From positions 47,815 through 111,814 of the forward strand of contig DMZH01000003.1 of the NCBI GenBank assembly GCA_003484955.1: a DNA stretch of 64,000 bases, in the 5' to 3' direction. Below the pieces are notes generated by a model. The model was not told the DNA's origin, ran no database searches, and saw only the letters and a program-made list of their open reading frames with translations. The first letter of the stretch is position 1; every line of letters begins with the position of its first letter. This stretch comes from Candidatus Woesebacteria bacterium (lineage in GTDB: Bacteria > Patescibacteriota > Microgenomatia > UBA8517). Both the position numbers and the translations under genes were made by a program. Shown here piece after piece: positions 47,948 through 57,470 of the stretch.

Positions 47948-48018
47948 AGGGGCGTAGTTAAACGGCAGAACAGCGGTCTCCAAAACCGTTAATGGGGGTT
48001 CAATTCCCTCCGCCCCTG
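47948..48018 (+). tRNA. tRNA-Trp (anticodon CCA)
   Basis: Acceptor aggggcg/cgcccct, anticodon loop ctccaaa, TPsiC GGTTCAATTCC. Confidence 0.75.
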
Positions 48019-48102
48019 CTTAGTGAATTTAGCTTCAAAATATTAGATGCCTGGACGGAAGTTTGAACCTATACATAAAATTGATAATCGGGCTTGGATT
48101 TG

Positions 48103-48615
48103 ATGCAATCAGCCCGTGGTAAACAAAAATAACTATATCGTAAAAGCTCTCAGCGACTAGAGGCATCTTTTAGATGCTCTAATTGTCGCGCCATCCTTTC
48201 GGCTGATCCGCTAGGCACAAGACACAGAAACCATTGCCCGCTTTGCCTGTGGTCTAAACATGTAGACCTGAATACACCAGGAGATCGTAGGTCAAGCTGT
48301 TGTGCCAGAATGAGGCCACTAGCTCTAGCCTTTAAGAATTACGAAATCAACCCGTTTACTGGAAGGGGCGGAGGTGAACTGATGCTAATTCATCAGTGTG
48401 CTAACTGTGGCAAATTATCCCCTAACCGAATTGCTGGAGATGATAATGAGTATCAACTTCTTTCTATTTTGAGGGAATCGCTTAATCTAAACAGGGATAT
48501 TTCTAACCAACTTCAAAATTTGGGGTTAGAGCTTATCGTGTCTAAAAACAAAGAGGAGGCTTTGATTTCATTATTCGGAATCAATTACAAAAACTATTTG
48601 TCTCAAGAAGTTTAG
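48103..48615 (+). pseudogene. RNHCP-domain (zinc-ribbon) protein; the conserved N-terminal domain lies upstream of the only downstream ATG and is separated from the upstream ATG by an in-frame TAA
   Basis: In-frame translation gives FRCSNCRAILSADPLGTRHRNHCPLCLWSKHVD...SSCCARM...CANCG. The ATG at 48103 is followed by TAA at 48130; the ORF track only calls 48310-48615. Confidence 0.45.
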
Positions 48616-48730
48616 ATCAATCTGCGGAGAACGATAAACCAGTGATTGTTACTAAACTAATGACCCATTCAATAGGCATAGTAAGTTCGAATGGCTTCCA
48701 TCCAGGGCTGCAAAATTCTTTGAAGTAATG

Positions 48731-49222
48731 TTAGGCTAACAAATCTAGTGCTGCTTTACACGTATCTTCTAATGTACTCAAGATTTGTACGTCTGGACAA
48801 TCTTGAGAAAATCTTCTTTTAATATACTTCGTTCCCGAAAAACCCTCTTCTATTCCTATCACTATTTTTGCCCCATCTCTTTCGTGTTTTACTTTCCACT
48901 CGAACAATTCTCCTCTGGTCGTCTGTGCATAAGCCCTTTCGCAAACATGCGTTTCTTCCTTTGCCAACCAAAAAATGATTACACCGTTTCCTCCAGCTCT
49001 TCTGAGATGATACGTTTCCCAATCAACTTGTTCATTATATTGAACATCTTTATTAAAAGGTCTTTTTGGCGAAGCAATAGTGATTTCAGGATTTATTCCA
49101 TTAATAATTTCTTGAGCTTTAGATTGCCAATCAGGCGCTCCCTGTATTGGACCAGCCAAAAAGATTATTGATTTTCCCCCTTCTACATATTCGGGTGGAA
49201 TATATACACTTCTTTCAGACAT
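48731..49222 (-). CDS. Nucleoside 2-deoxyribosyltransferase-like (NDT/PTD-family) protein
   Basis: IIFLAGPIQGAPDWQ N-terminal motif typical of the NDT-like Rossmann family. Confidence 0.45.
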   Translation of the reverse strand: MSERSVYIPPEYVEGGKSIIFLAGPIQGAPDWQSKAQEIINGINPEITIASPKRPFNKDVQYNEQVDWETYHLRRAGGNGVIIFWLAKEETHVCERAYAQTTRGELFEWKVKHERDGAKIVIGIEEGFSGTKYIKRRFSQDCPDVQILSTLEDTCKAALDLLA

Positions 49223-49365
49223 ACACGGATTTTATATCGTAGGTGATATTTTTTGAAGTGTTGGAATATAACAAGGCTCTTGAAGCTCAAGGTAATAAGT
49301 TCTAACATCCCTTACGACTTTCTGCCACACACTTCTCCATAAATTCCATTTGATATAATGCTCAC

Positions 49366-49821
49366 ATGCCGATAACACCAGAGGAATTCAGATCTTTTCC
49401 GGAGCCAATCAAAACTTGTCTCGAACAATTTAATGTTACATTAGTGCTTGAGGGTAATTTTCCGGAGGATCTTTACAAAAAACCTATCGCTATGTACTTA
49501 CCCAATATCACTGCTGAGCTGGTTGATAATTGTGTTGAAAAAGGGGCAAAAAGAGTTGTTCTAACCACCACTTCAAATTCTATGAAAATCGAGGATGACG
49601 TTATAGAAACGTATCCCGAAAAAACACTTAGGCTTCTAAATAAAATAAAGTCTTCATGTAAACCAATATCCACCAAAGACCTGCAAAGAAAAGGTACACC
49701 GATTCCTGCACATGGAGGTATAGGCATATTCCAAACAATGAATTTTCTAAAACGCGTTGGGGGTGACTTGAACTACTATATTGTTAATCAAAAAATTGTT
49801 GCAGAAGTTACCTGGGAATAA
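49366..49821 (+). CDS. Hypothetical protein
   Basis: ORF only. Confidence 0.35.
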   Translation: MPITPEEFRSFPEPIKTCLEQFNVTLVLEGNFPEDLYKKPIAMYLPNITAELVDNCVEKGAKRVVLTTTSNSMKIEDDVIETYPEKTLRLLNKIKSSCKPISTKDLQRKGTPIPAHGGIGIFQTMNFLKRVGGDLNYYIVNQKIVAEVTWE

Positions 49822-49833
49822 ATAACTGAGGTT

Positions 49834-50472
49834 TTATATCTTAACCATTCCCAACTTTCTGGGCCAGGTTTCATTTTTGGGAGTAATCACAAACATCATC
49901 TTTTTATCAACAATATTCTTTCCTTTGATTTTGTTCGTATCCCACCATCTTTTTTCAAAATCTTTGATTCGAAATCTTCTATCCACTCCCACAAAATCGG
50001 AATAGGAATCGCAAAGTCTCAAATAGTTGGCTTTTTTGTCGACCTTGGTAATAACCGCATAATGCCCATTATCCTCATCCTCATCTTCGTAAAAAACACC
50101 CTGCCATTCTACCCCGACCGGATAGCCATATTTATTTATAGCCAAGGAGATGTCATTGATGGTAGATCGGTGTTTCCTCCAAAAAACAACCTCATTTTTA
50201 CCTAAGATGTTGGTAGCACGAGCCAGGTCGTGAATATTAAGACCCAACCGTCTGATTTTGTTTTTTGCTCTTAAAGACCTAACAATTGCAATTTGTGAGA
50301 CGTTTTTCCCCAAAAACGAAAACAACTCCAAAATTACAGCCGGGCCGCAGTGATAGCTGGAAATTTGCCTGACACGCTTCATTCCCGGAAAGGGCTTGCC
50401 GACAACCTTATCCTCAAGCTTAAGAAGCCTTTGAAGCAATTTCCTGGTTTTAATGTTTTTCTCGAGTTCCAT
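49834..50472 (-). CDS. Stand-alone C39-like (papain-fold) cysteine peptidase
   Basis: RQISSYHCGPAVILELF (Q...CGPA) and later GHYAVITKVD...CDS match the C39 Q/C/H/D arrangement. Confidence 0.5.
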   Translation of the reverse strand: MELEKNIKTRKLLQRLLKLEDKVVGKPFPGMKRVRQISSYHCGPAVILELFSFLGKNVSQIAIVRSLRAKNKIRRLGLNIHDLARATNILGKNEVVFWRKHRSTINDISLAINKYGYPVGVEWQGVFYEDEDEDNGHYAVITKVDKKANYLRLCDSYSDFVGVDRRFRIKDFEKRWWDTNKIKGKNIVDKKMMFVITPKNETWPRKLGMVKI

Positions 50473-50518
50473 AATCGGTCTATTTTACGACTCAAACCGG
50501 GTTTTGTCCAGGTGTAAG

Positions 50519-51595
50519 CTAGGAGATATTTTTGGCGTATTTTGAAAGCAGACTGGCCATGGTGTCTGAAAATTCCACTCCATGCATTGCCATTACTTCG
50601 GTCATGGGAAGCCCCATGTCTGGCCCGAAAGCCGTATTTGGGTTGCTGTCTGTAAAATACGGCATACCGGTTTCTTCATCTACTCTGACATCGAATTTTG
50701 CATAATCTTTATGTTGCAGTGCTCCGAAAGCTCTCACTGCAAGCTTGGTAATCTCATAACGCAAATCGTCTTCAACGAAAACATATTTGTATGCCCTTAA
50801 ATCATCGTATGATTCAAAGCTTGTAAAATAATGCTTCCCGTCGGGCTTGGTTCTAAATACCTTTTGTCCCATAAAAACGTGCCTTTTTCCTCCATCATCA
50901 AAAACGACAACGGTTATCTCAGGACCATCTATAAATTTTTCCACAATTACAGGAACATGGTACGTAGAAATTAAGTTGTTTGCCCTGAGCTTAGCAGCCC
51001 GATAAGTTTCCTTGACGGCGTGATTGTTTATTCCCACACTTCCCCCACCCTCATTTAGTTTTACTATTAAAGGCAAGCCCAAATCTTCATCAATGCTCGC
51101 CCCCACCCTTCTAATAAACTGAAATGGTGGCGTATGAACATCGTAGGCCATGAGAAGTCTTTTGGTCAGATTTCTGTTATTGCCGATTATCAGACCTTCC
51201 ATCCCTGCTCCCGTATAGGGAATATTTGCCAGTTCAAGAGCTGCAGGCACTGACGGCTGGAGCTTATCTCTTCCTTTTAGGGTATCAACAAGATTTACAA
51301 CCAGATCGGGTTTATCCACCAATAGGTTTGTGTAAAAATACTGATCCCCCGGTAAAGTCCGTACAGGAATCCCCAATTTTCTGATTTCTTCGGAAACCTC
51401 AATTGCCCGTTCTTCCACTTCAACCTCTGCTTCGTAAGCTGACTGTGTAGCAAAATGCTCTCTTTGAACGCTTGAGTAGGCTACTACCACAAGTCTGAAC
51501 TTTTTTAGTGTTTCTTTATCAATATTAAGTTTGATCTTCTCTTTAGAGGAGGCTTTCTTTACTTGCGCTTCGTCTTCGTTTTTGGCAGTGGGCAT
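50519..51595 (-). CDS. ATP-grasp enzyme of the D-Ala-D-Ala ligase family (divergent N-domain)
   Basis: PLIVKLNEGGGSVGI and FDVRVDEETGMPYFTDSNPNTAFGP resemble the Ddl central and C-terminal domains; the N-terminus has REHFATQS in place of GGxSxEHxVS. Confidence 0.6.
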   Translation of the reverse strand: MPTAKNEDEAQVKKASSKEKIKLNIDKETLKKFRLVVVAYSSVQREHFATQSAYEAEVEVEERAIEVSEEIRKLGIPVRTLPGDQYFYTNLLVDKPDLVVNLVDTLKGRDKLQPSVPAALELANIPYTGAGMEGLIIGNNRNLTKRLLMAYDVHTPPFQFIRRVGASIDEDLGLPLIVKLNEGGGSVGINNHAVKETYRAAKLRANNLISTYHVPVIVEKFIDGPEITVVVFDDGGKRHVFMGQKVFRTKPDGKHYFTSFESYDDLRAYKYVFVEDDLRYEITKLAVRAFGALQHKDYAKFDVRVDEETGMPYFTDSNPNTAFGPDMGLPMTEVMAMHGVEFSDTMASLLSKYAKNIS

Positions 51596-51637
51596 AAATA
51601 TATACTAGCAAATAGTAAAAAGAAAAAATAGGAGCTG

Positions 51638-52288
51638 GTGTATAATCTTGTTGTGGAAATCGGGGTATTAATCATATTTACTGGTGCCTCCGGCGCCGGA
51701 AAGGATTCTGTTATGGATGAATTTTTGAAAAATCCCATTGTCCAAAAATTTAACCTTAAAAAAGTGGTTACTTGTACAGACCGTCCTCCGCGACCCGGCG
51801 AGACGGACGGAATTCAATATCATTTTGTAAGTAGCACCCGACTTCAAAAAATGGCTGAAGATAATGAACTTGTTGAACCAATCACAAAATATGGAACATC
51901 AAATAAAGCAACTCCTAAGGTTGAAATTGAGAGACTTCTGGCCGGTGAAAATTTAGTTTGGAGAATTGATCCTTCCCGCGCGGCTGAAGTTGCTTCGGGG
52001 AAATTTTTCCAAAGAATTTTCCCTGAGAAGGCACATTTGCTTCAAAGTCATACAATTGTGTTTTTTGTAACTGCACCAAAAGAAGTCATTGCCGAAAGAA
52101 GAAAAAGAAGAGATCTTGATAAATATGACCCGGAAGAATATAAGGTCCGTGATGATCAAGACCAAATTTATTTAAACATACTTCAAGAAAAAGCCATTCT
52201 TATAGAAAATATTAACAGCAGACTTAATGAGGCAGTAGACACAGCCGTAAAATCCGCCGTGGGCATATATGACAAAATCAAAAACTAA
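51638..52288 (+). CDS. Guanylate kinase-like P-loop kinase (Gmk/PhnN family)
   Basis: TGASGAGKDS P-loop and TDRPPRPGETDGIQYHFVS. Confidence 0.6.
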   Translation: MYNLVVEIGVLIIFTGASGAGKDSVMDEFLKNPIVQKFNLKKVVTCTDRPPRPGETDGIQYHFVSSTRLQKMAEDNELVEPITKYGTSNKATPKVEIERLLAGENLVWRIDPSRAAEVASGKFFQRIFPEKAHLLQSHTIVFFVTAPKEVIAERRKRRDLDKYDPEEYKVRDDQDQIYLNILQEKAILIENINSRLNEAVDTAVKSAVGIYDKIKN

Positions 52289-52700
52289 AGTAATTCTAAC
52301 CGGCGGGTGCTTTGACATTCTCCACTACGGACATGTTTACTTTTTGAAAAAGGCAAAATCTTTGGGAGATTACTTGGTTGTTGCCATAGAATCGGATGAA
52401 AGAATAAGAGAGTTAAAGGGTAAAGGGCGGCCTTTTCATTCACAAAAACAAAGAAAAGAAACACTTGAGTCTTTGAAATTTGTCGATAAGGTAATTATTT
52501 TAAAAGATAAAATGACTCATCAAGATTACATTGACCTGGTTAATAAGGTTAACCCTTGTATAATCGCGGTAACCGAAGGTGACCCTATTCTTGACAAGAA
52601 AAAGGAGCAAGCAGAAATGGTTGGAGCCAAAATTGTCCAAATACCCCACATCAGAACCCACTCAACTACCCAAATATCCAAATTTTTAAATTTAGATTAA
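52269..52700 (+). CDS. Cytidylyltransferase-like nucleotidyltransferase (TagD / HldE domain II / RibL-like)
   Basis: HxGH motif GGCFDILHYGH, 143 aa; overlaps the upstream kinase by 20 nt. Confidence 0.65.
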   Translation: MTKSKTKVILTGGCFDILHYGHVYFLKKAKSLGDYLVVAIESDERIRELKGKGRPFHSQKQRKETLESLKFVDKVIILKDKMTHQDYIDLVNKVNPCIIAVTEGDPILDKKKEQAEMVGAKIVQIPHIRTHSTTQISKFLNLD

Positions 52701-53939
52701 TTATTCCCAAGTTTTGATTTCCGTCTGGGGTAATTTCAATTTTCTTGGCGTAACAAAAAGTAATATTATCGAGAACGTCAACACGATGACCCCTAACCAA
52801 CTAAATGTTAATCTTTCCCCAACCTTAGACGAGATTAGTCCGGCAAAAACTGGCCAAATTATATAGGAAAGGTTCATCACCGACCCGGTCAGTCCTATCA
52901 TGTCTTTCTTCTCACTTCCCATTCTGGTAAGAATATCCGTGTAAACCCCCTGCAGAAGCGGATAACAAACTGCCAACGCACTTGATGCTAAGCAAATTAT
53001 TGCAAGCTGCCAGGAAACGCTCGAGGAAAAAGCGATGGCTATAAAAAATATTCCGGACAAACCCAAAAATTTTTCAGCTAACTTTTTCTTACCGTTCGAA
53101 ATATTCCACCTGGAAAGTGGAATTCCTAAACAAATAGAAGGAAGAAGGTATAAAGGCAAAAACCATATACCCCAAGGATTAACCAAAGTTAATTTCTCCG
53201 TCCAAACCGCGCCAACTGTATAAAATGTTGCATCGATAAAACCCAACACTAGACCGATAGCCAGAGCCGGCCAAACTGTTCTGGAAAGGGTCAGCCAGTG
53301 CCTAAGTTCCGCCCACGGATTTGCATGAGAAAAATCAACAGCAGTTGGAACATCATGTCTATTTTTGTTCAGTGTTAAAAGCACTAAAGCGACAACAAGA
53401 AAAATTATTATCGTCCCCTGGGTAATCAAGATTCCGTTGGATAAAAGCTCTGCGGCAATAAACGGTCCCAGGAAATATGCCAGATTGACAAAAATTCCGG
53501 TAAATCCCCAGGCAGCGGCTCTCATTTGACTGGGAACAACCGTTCCCATAAATTGAAAGTTGGCAAAATTTACAAGTTCATAATAAATTCCCCAGAGAGT
53601 CATTGTGGCAATAAAAATAGCCAGTAAAGGTTTAAACGTAGACGCGCTTAAGAAAAACGACGTTAAGGCAGAAACCAATATTGCCCAAAAAATCAGGCGT
53701 CTTGTACGAACAGTCTTAAAAATTCTGGGGAAAATCAAATCGGCAGAAAACCCCACAATTGATTGAAAACTGATAATAGCACCCATAATAACCGGGTTTT
53801 GCAATGAATTTTGAATTTGATTCGGAGCCCAAAAAGCAATAATAGAGTCAGACAAACGTAGAAAAAATAAAATCAAAGAGAAAGTAAGAAGCCTATTCCA
53901 AACAAGATTCTCTTTAAACATCAAAATATACCTTTTCAC
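52701..53939 (-). CDS. MFS transporter
   Basis: About 12 predicted TMs. Confidence 0.6.
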   Translation of the reverse strand: MKRYILMFKENLVWNRLLTFSLILFFLRLSDSIIAFWAPNQIQNSLQNPVIMGAIISFQSIVGFSADLIFPRIFKTVRTRRLIFWAILVSALTSFFLSASTFKPLLAIFIATMTLWGIYYELVNFANFQFMGTVVPSQMRAAAWGFTGIFVNLAYFLGPFIAAELLSNGILITQGTIIIFLVVALVLLTLNKNRHDVPTAVDFSHANPWAELRHWLTLSRTVWPALAIGLVLGFIDATFYTVGAVWTEKLTLVNPWGIWFLPLYLLPSICLGIPLSRWNISNGKKKLAEKFLGLSGIFFIAIAFSSSVSWQLAIICLASSALAVCYPLLQGVYTDILTRMGSEKKDMIGLTGSVMNLSYIIWPVFAGLISSKVGERLTFSWLGVIVLTFSIILLFVTPRKLKLPQTEIKTWE

Positions 53940-53965
53940 AAACTAATAATGAGGCAAGTGAGAAG

Positions 53966-54973
53966 TTATTTCAACCTTGCAATTTGCGCATCAACCATCA
54001 GGTGAACTAAATCCTTGAATGTAGTTTTTGGAGTCCAACCTAAAACTTTCTTTGCTTTTGAAGGATTGGCAACGAGTGGTCCTGTTTCTGTAGGGCGGAT
54101 AAATCTGTCATCAACTACCACATGATCTTTCCAGTTAAGCCCCACATAGCCATATGATTCCTCACAAAGTTCCTGAATTGTGTGGGTTTCCCCGGTTCCG
54201 ATTACGAAATCGTCCGGTTTGTCCTGCTGTAGTATAAGCCACATGGCTTCAACATAATCCCCGGCAAATCCCCAATCGCGCTTTGCCTGAAGATTTCCAA
54301 GAGCTACTTTTCCGTTTTTGACAATTGGCTCGCCTTCTTCGTTGAGATGTTCGGAACTTTTAACTCCAAGTTTCGCACAGGCTGCAGCATATGTAACTTT
54401 TTGAGTTACAAAACCAAGATGTCTTCGGGGCGACTCGTGATTAAACAAAATTCCGTTTGAAGCAAACATATTATAGCTTTCCCTGTATATTTTGGTCATG
54501 GCATGAGCATAAAGCTTTGAAGCCGCATAGGGATTGGCCGGATTAAATGGAGTTTCTTCGTTTTGAGGAATTTCTCTTACCCACCCGAACATTTCGCTGC
54601 TGCTGGCTTGATAGAATCTTGATTTTGGAACAACATCCAGAGTCGCATCCAGAACTCTGTGAGCTCCAATTGCGGTAATCTCTGCCGTATGAATCGGCTG
54701 CCTAAAGCTTTCCGCGGGGTGACTTTGAGACGCTAGATTATAAACTTCATCGGGTTTAGATTTTTGCAACGCCTCACGAATCGAAATCGGGTCCAGTAGA
54801 TCCGCCTGAATCAAATTTAACTCTTCTTGAATGTGGGAAATGTTGGCATAAGCCATATTACTGGTTTTTCTCACAATCCCTGTAACAATATAATCTTTCT
54901 TAAGAAGAAGTTCCGCAAGGTAACTTCCGTCCTGGCCGGTAATTCCTGTAATTAATGCTACTTTTTTAGACAT
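53966..54973 (-). CDS. gmd: GDP-mannose 4,6-dehydratase
   Basis: ALITGITGQDGSYLAELLL N-terminus, SDR extended family. Confidence 0.85.
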   Translation of the reverse strand: MSKKVALITGITGQDGSYLAELLLKKDYIVTGIVRKTSNMAYANISHIQEELNLIQADLLDPISIREALQKSKPDEVYNLASQSHPAESFRQPIHTAEITAIGAHRVLDATLDVVPKSRFYQASSSEMFGWVREIPQNEETPFNPANPYAASKLYAHAMTKIYRESYNMFASNGILFNHESPRRHLGFVTQKVTYAAACAKLGVKSSEHLNEEGEPIVKNGKVALGNLQAKRDWGFAGDYVEAMWLILQQDKPDDFVIGTGETHTIQELCEESYGYVGLNWKDHVVVDDRFIRPTETGPLVANPSKAKKVLGWTPKTTFKDLVHLMVDAQIARLK

Positions 54974-55074
54974 TACAAGAAATCATAACATATGTTAAAA
55001 TTACAAGCTAGTATCACCAGGAAGGAGGCGATTTAAATTTATGTTTACCGCATAAGCGGAGATATATTCAAAAT

Positions 55075-55269
55075 ATGTTTATTATTAAAAAGAAAAAAGG
55101 AGAAAGCGACGACAAGCTTATTGCCCGCTTTCGTAAAAAAACGATAGTCGAAGGTGTCATGCAGGAGTATCGCGACCGCGAACACTACAAAAAACCGGCT
55201 GAAAGAAGAAAAGAGGCCAAGTATCGCATCGCCCACTCTATCGAGCTTGAGAAAAAGAGGAGTTATTAA
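55075..55269 (+). CDS. rpsU: Ribosomal protein S21
   Basis: Basic 64-aa protein with S21-like REHYKKPAERRKEAK. Confidence 0.7.
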   Translation: MFIIKKKKGESDDKLIARFRKKTIVEGVMQEYRDREHYKKPAERRKEAKYRIAHSIELEKKRSY

Positions 55270-55894
55270 AATAGCTTTCCACAAATTTCTTTCTGTGCAA
55301 TCTGGTCAGTCCGTATTTTTGGATAACATTTCTGTGAATAAGCGTGCCGTAGCCTTTATTTTTATCCCACCCGTATTTTTTGTATTTACGGTTATTAGAT
55401 AATTTGGCCATAAGCTTATCACGGTAAACTTTGGCTATGATTGAGGCCGCAGCAATTGAAATTGATTTAGTATCCCCTTTTATAATCGGTTTTTGATTCT
55501 TTCGGCGCAACCCTCTTACATAAGGAACGTAAAAAGCATCAATTAAAATATAATTTATCTCGATCCCACAGTTTTTTATCGCTTTCCTAAAAGCTATCTC
55601 ACTGGCTTTTTTGATTCCAAATTTATTAATTTGAGCAACACTCGACTTTCCAATTCCAAAAACCAGTGCGTTTTTTCTGATCCATTTATCAGCAATTTCT
55701 CTTTGTCTAGGAGTTAATTTCTTCGAGTCATTAATCTTAGGTGGGTTTTCCCATTTATCATTAAGACCAAAAACAACAGCCCCTGCCACAACCGGTCCCG
55801 CAAAACAACCTCTTCCAACCTCATCCATGCCGGCAATAATTCTGTATCCTTTTTTAGAGACTGTCTTTTCGAAAGAAAAATCCGGAAGATTCAT
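55238..55894 (-). CDS. rnhB: Ribonuclease HII
   Basis: GMDEVGRGCFAGPVVAGAVV catalytic motif. Confidence 0.9.
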   Translation of the reverse strand: MNLPDFSFEKTVSKKGYRIIAGMDEVGRGCFAGPVVAGAVVFGLNDKWENPPKINDSKKLTPRQREIADKWIRKNALVFGIGKSSVAQINKFGIKKASEIAFRKAIKNCGIEINYILIDAFYVPYVRGLRRKNQKPIIKGDTKSISIAAASIIAKVYRDKLMAKLSNNRKYKKYGWDKNKGYGTLIHRNVIQKYGLTRLHRKKFVESYFNNSSFSQAR

Positions 55895-56286
55895 TTTTTA
55901 ATCCGTTCCCTATACTTTCTGGGATACCTGTCATACAAAAAAGTGGCAAACCTGTCTACTAATTCATTCCGTTCTCCTGTAGACATTTCACCAAGACTGA
56001 TTTTGACCCTTATTGCCGAATTGCTGTTTACTACCCTTCCGGCCAATGTTACGTGCCCTACCCCGGCCAGAAAATACTGAAAACAGGCTTTCTTTAAGCT
56101 CATCGTCGCCTTCTCTTCAATTTCCTCCCAATAATCCATATCTGCAACACCAAATACACTTTCCGGGTACTCACCCTTTAATCCAACCAAAACAGATTCC
56201 CACGAACCCTCGGCAATTTTAAACTTAGGCTTTTTTTCATCCTCAAATCGGATGGGTCTTTTCTCACTTTCAGCTCCCATGGCCAA
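55891..56286 (-). CDS. Hypothetical protein
   Basis: ORF only, 4-nt overlap with rnhB. Confidence 0.4.
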   Translation of the reverse strand: MAMGAESEKRPIRFEDEKKPKFKIAEGSWESVLVGLKGEYPESVFGVADMDYWEEIEEKATMSLKKACFQYFLAGVGHVTLAGRVVNSNSAIRVKISLGEMSTGERNELVDRFATFLYDRYPRKYRERIKK

Positions 56287-56349
56287 TTATACACCGAGAG
56301 GCAATCTATCTTGTGCGCTTCAGAATAATTTGATACAATTCACATCTAG

Positions 56350-56535
56350 ATGAAATCGGTCGTTACTTTCTTTTCAGAAGTAAGAAGTGAACTTTCCAAG
56401 GTTACCTGGCCAAAGAAAAATGAAGTCGTCAGACTTACGAGTATCGTTCTTTTGGTTTCGGTGATTGTTGGATTTTACGTAGGAGGACTCGATTATTTGT
56501 TCACAACAGTTTTGACAAGAATATTAACTAAATAA
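56350..56535 (+). CDS. secE: Preprotein translocase subunit SecE
   Basis: 61 aa, single TM, VTWPKKNEVV motif; followed by nusG. Confidence 0.8.
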   Translation: MKSVVTFFSEVRSELSKVTWPKKNEVVRLTSIVLLVSVIVGFYVGGLDYLFTTVLTRILTK

Positions 56536-56544
56536 ACAATAACT

Positions 56545-57174
56545 ATGAACGAAGACACAAAACAGCAAGAAACAGTTGCAGGAGTAGCAGAAAGAGGTAT
56601 CGGACATAAAAAGATCCAGGGCCACATGATCCTTGCCCAGACAACCGATCCTAAAGCAAAGTGGTATGTAGTTCATACCTCTTCGGGCCATGAGGTACGT
56701 GTCATGGACACCCTCCGCCAGAGAGTTGAAACCATGAACCTGGAAGGTAGGGTTTTTGAAATGTTGGTTCCGACACAAGACAGAGTTATTATCAGAAGTG
56801 GTAAAAAAGCAACCATCAAGGAAAAGATTTTTCCGGGATACCTTCTTGTAAAGATGATTTTGGACGATCCGACTTGGCTTGCCGTCAGGACAACTGCCGG
56901 AATTACGGGGTTTGTAGGAGCGGGAAATAAACCCACCCCTCTTTCCGATGCTGAAGTTGCAAACATCCAGAAATTTATCAGCTCTCCCGCTCCCAGATTT
57001 AAGACCAAATTTAGTGTTGGTGAGGCTATTAAAATCGTCGACGGGCCTTTTTCGGATTTTCTTGGAACAATCCATGAAATTGATGAGGAAAAAGGTAAAG
57101 TCAAAGTTTTGGTTTCAATTTTCGGCCGCGAAACACCGGTCGAGCTTGATTTTCTACAAATTCAGAAAGTTTAA
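56545..57174 (+). CDS. nusG: Transcription antiterminator NusG
   Basis: NGN domain (WYVVHTSSGHE), KOW (GEAIKIVDGPF). Confidence 0.9.
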   Translation: MNEDTKQQETVAGVAERGIGHKKIQGHMILAQTTDPKAKWYVVHTSSGHEVRVMDTLRQRVETMNLEGRVFEMLVPTQDRVIIRSGKKATIKEKIFPGYLLVKMILDDPTWLAVRTTAGITGFVGAGNKPTPLSDAEVANIQKFISSPAPRFKTKFSVGEAIKIVDGPFSDFLGTIHEIDEEKGKVKVLVSIFGRETPVELDFLQIQKV

Positions 57175-57470
57175 TGTCTGAAAATTTAAATAAAAAAGAG
57201 GGGTTCGATTCTCCAGACTATCCCACAGTTCTTGACGTTGTTATTTGGAAAGACACCCATTATCAAGTAGTTGGCATTGCGCAGACAAAATCTTACAAAA
57301 ATGACCTGTTCACTGTTCAGGGGCTGGAGGATAAAGATACACCTTTCCGAATTAAAGGTGCTAGATTCCATCGTACAATAAGCCAAGACCCACCGGAAGG
57401 AAGGGTTTATAAAAGAGAAGAAGGCGTGAGAGTTACAGGAGAACTTCTTGGCGGAAAACGACACATTTAA
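57174..57470 (+). CDS. Small hypothetical protein inserted between nusG and rplK
   Basis: ATG overlaps the nusG stop (TAATG); no homology recognised. Confidence 0.4.
   Translation: MSENLNKKEGFDSPDYPTVLDVVIWKDTHYQVVGIAQTKSYKNDLFTVQGLEDKDTPFRIKGARFHRTISQDPPEGRVYKREEGVRVTGELLGGKRHI

Noticed and set aside
48021-48310. Possible structured ncRNA (RNase P RNA or tmRNA-like) after tRNA-Trp because of the GC-rich composition
   Set aside because: No RNase P P4 or tmRNA tag-reading-frame signatures were found. The in-frame translation gives a clear RNHCP zinc-ribbon domain, which explains the GC-rich Cys/Arg/Pro codons.
55045-55284. 79-aa ORF antisense to rpsU
   Set aside because: It fully overlaps a conserved ribosomal protein gene on the other strand.
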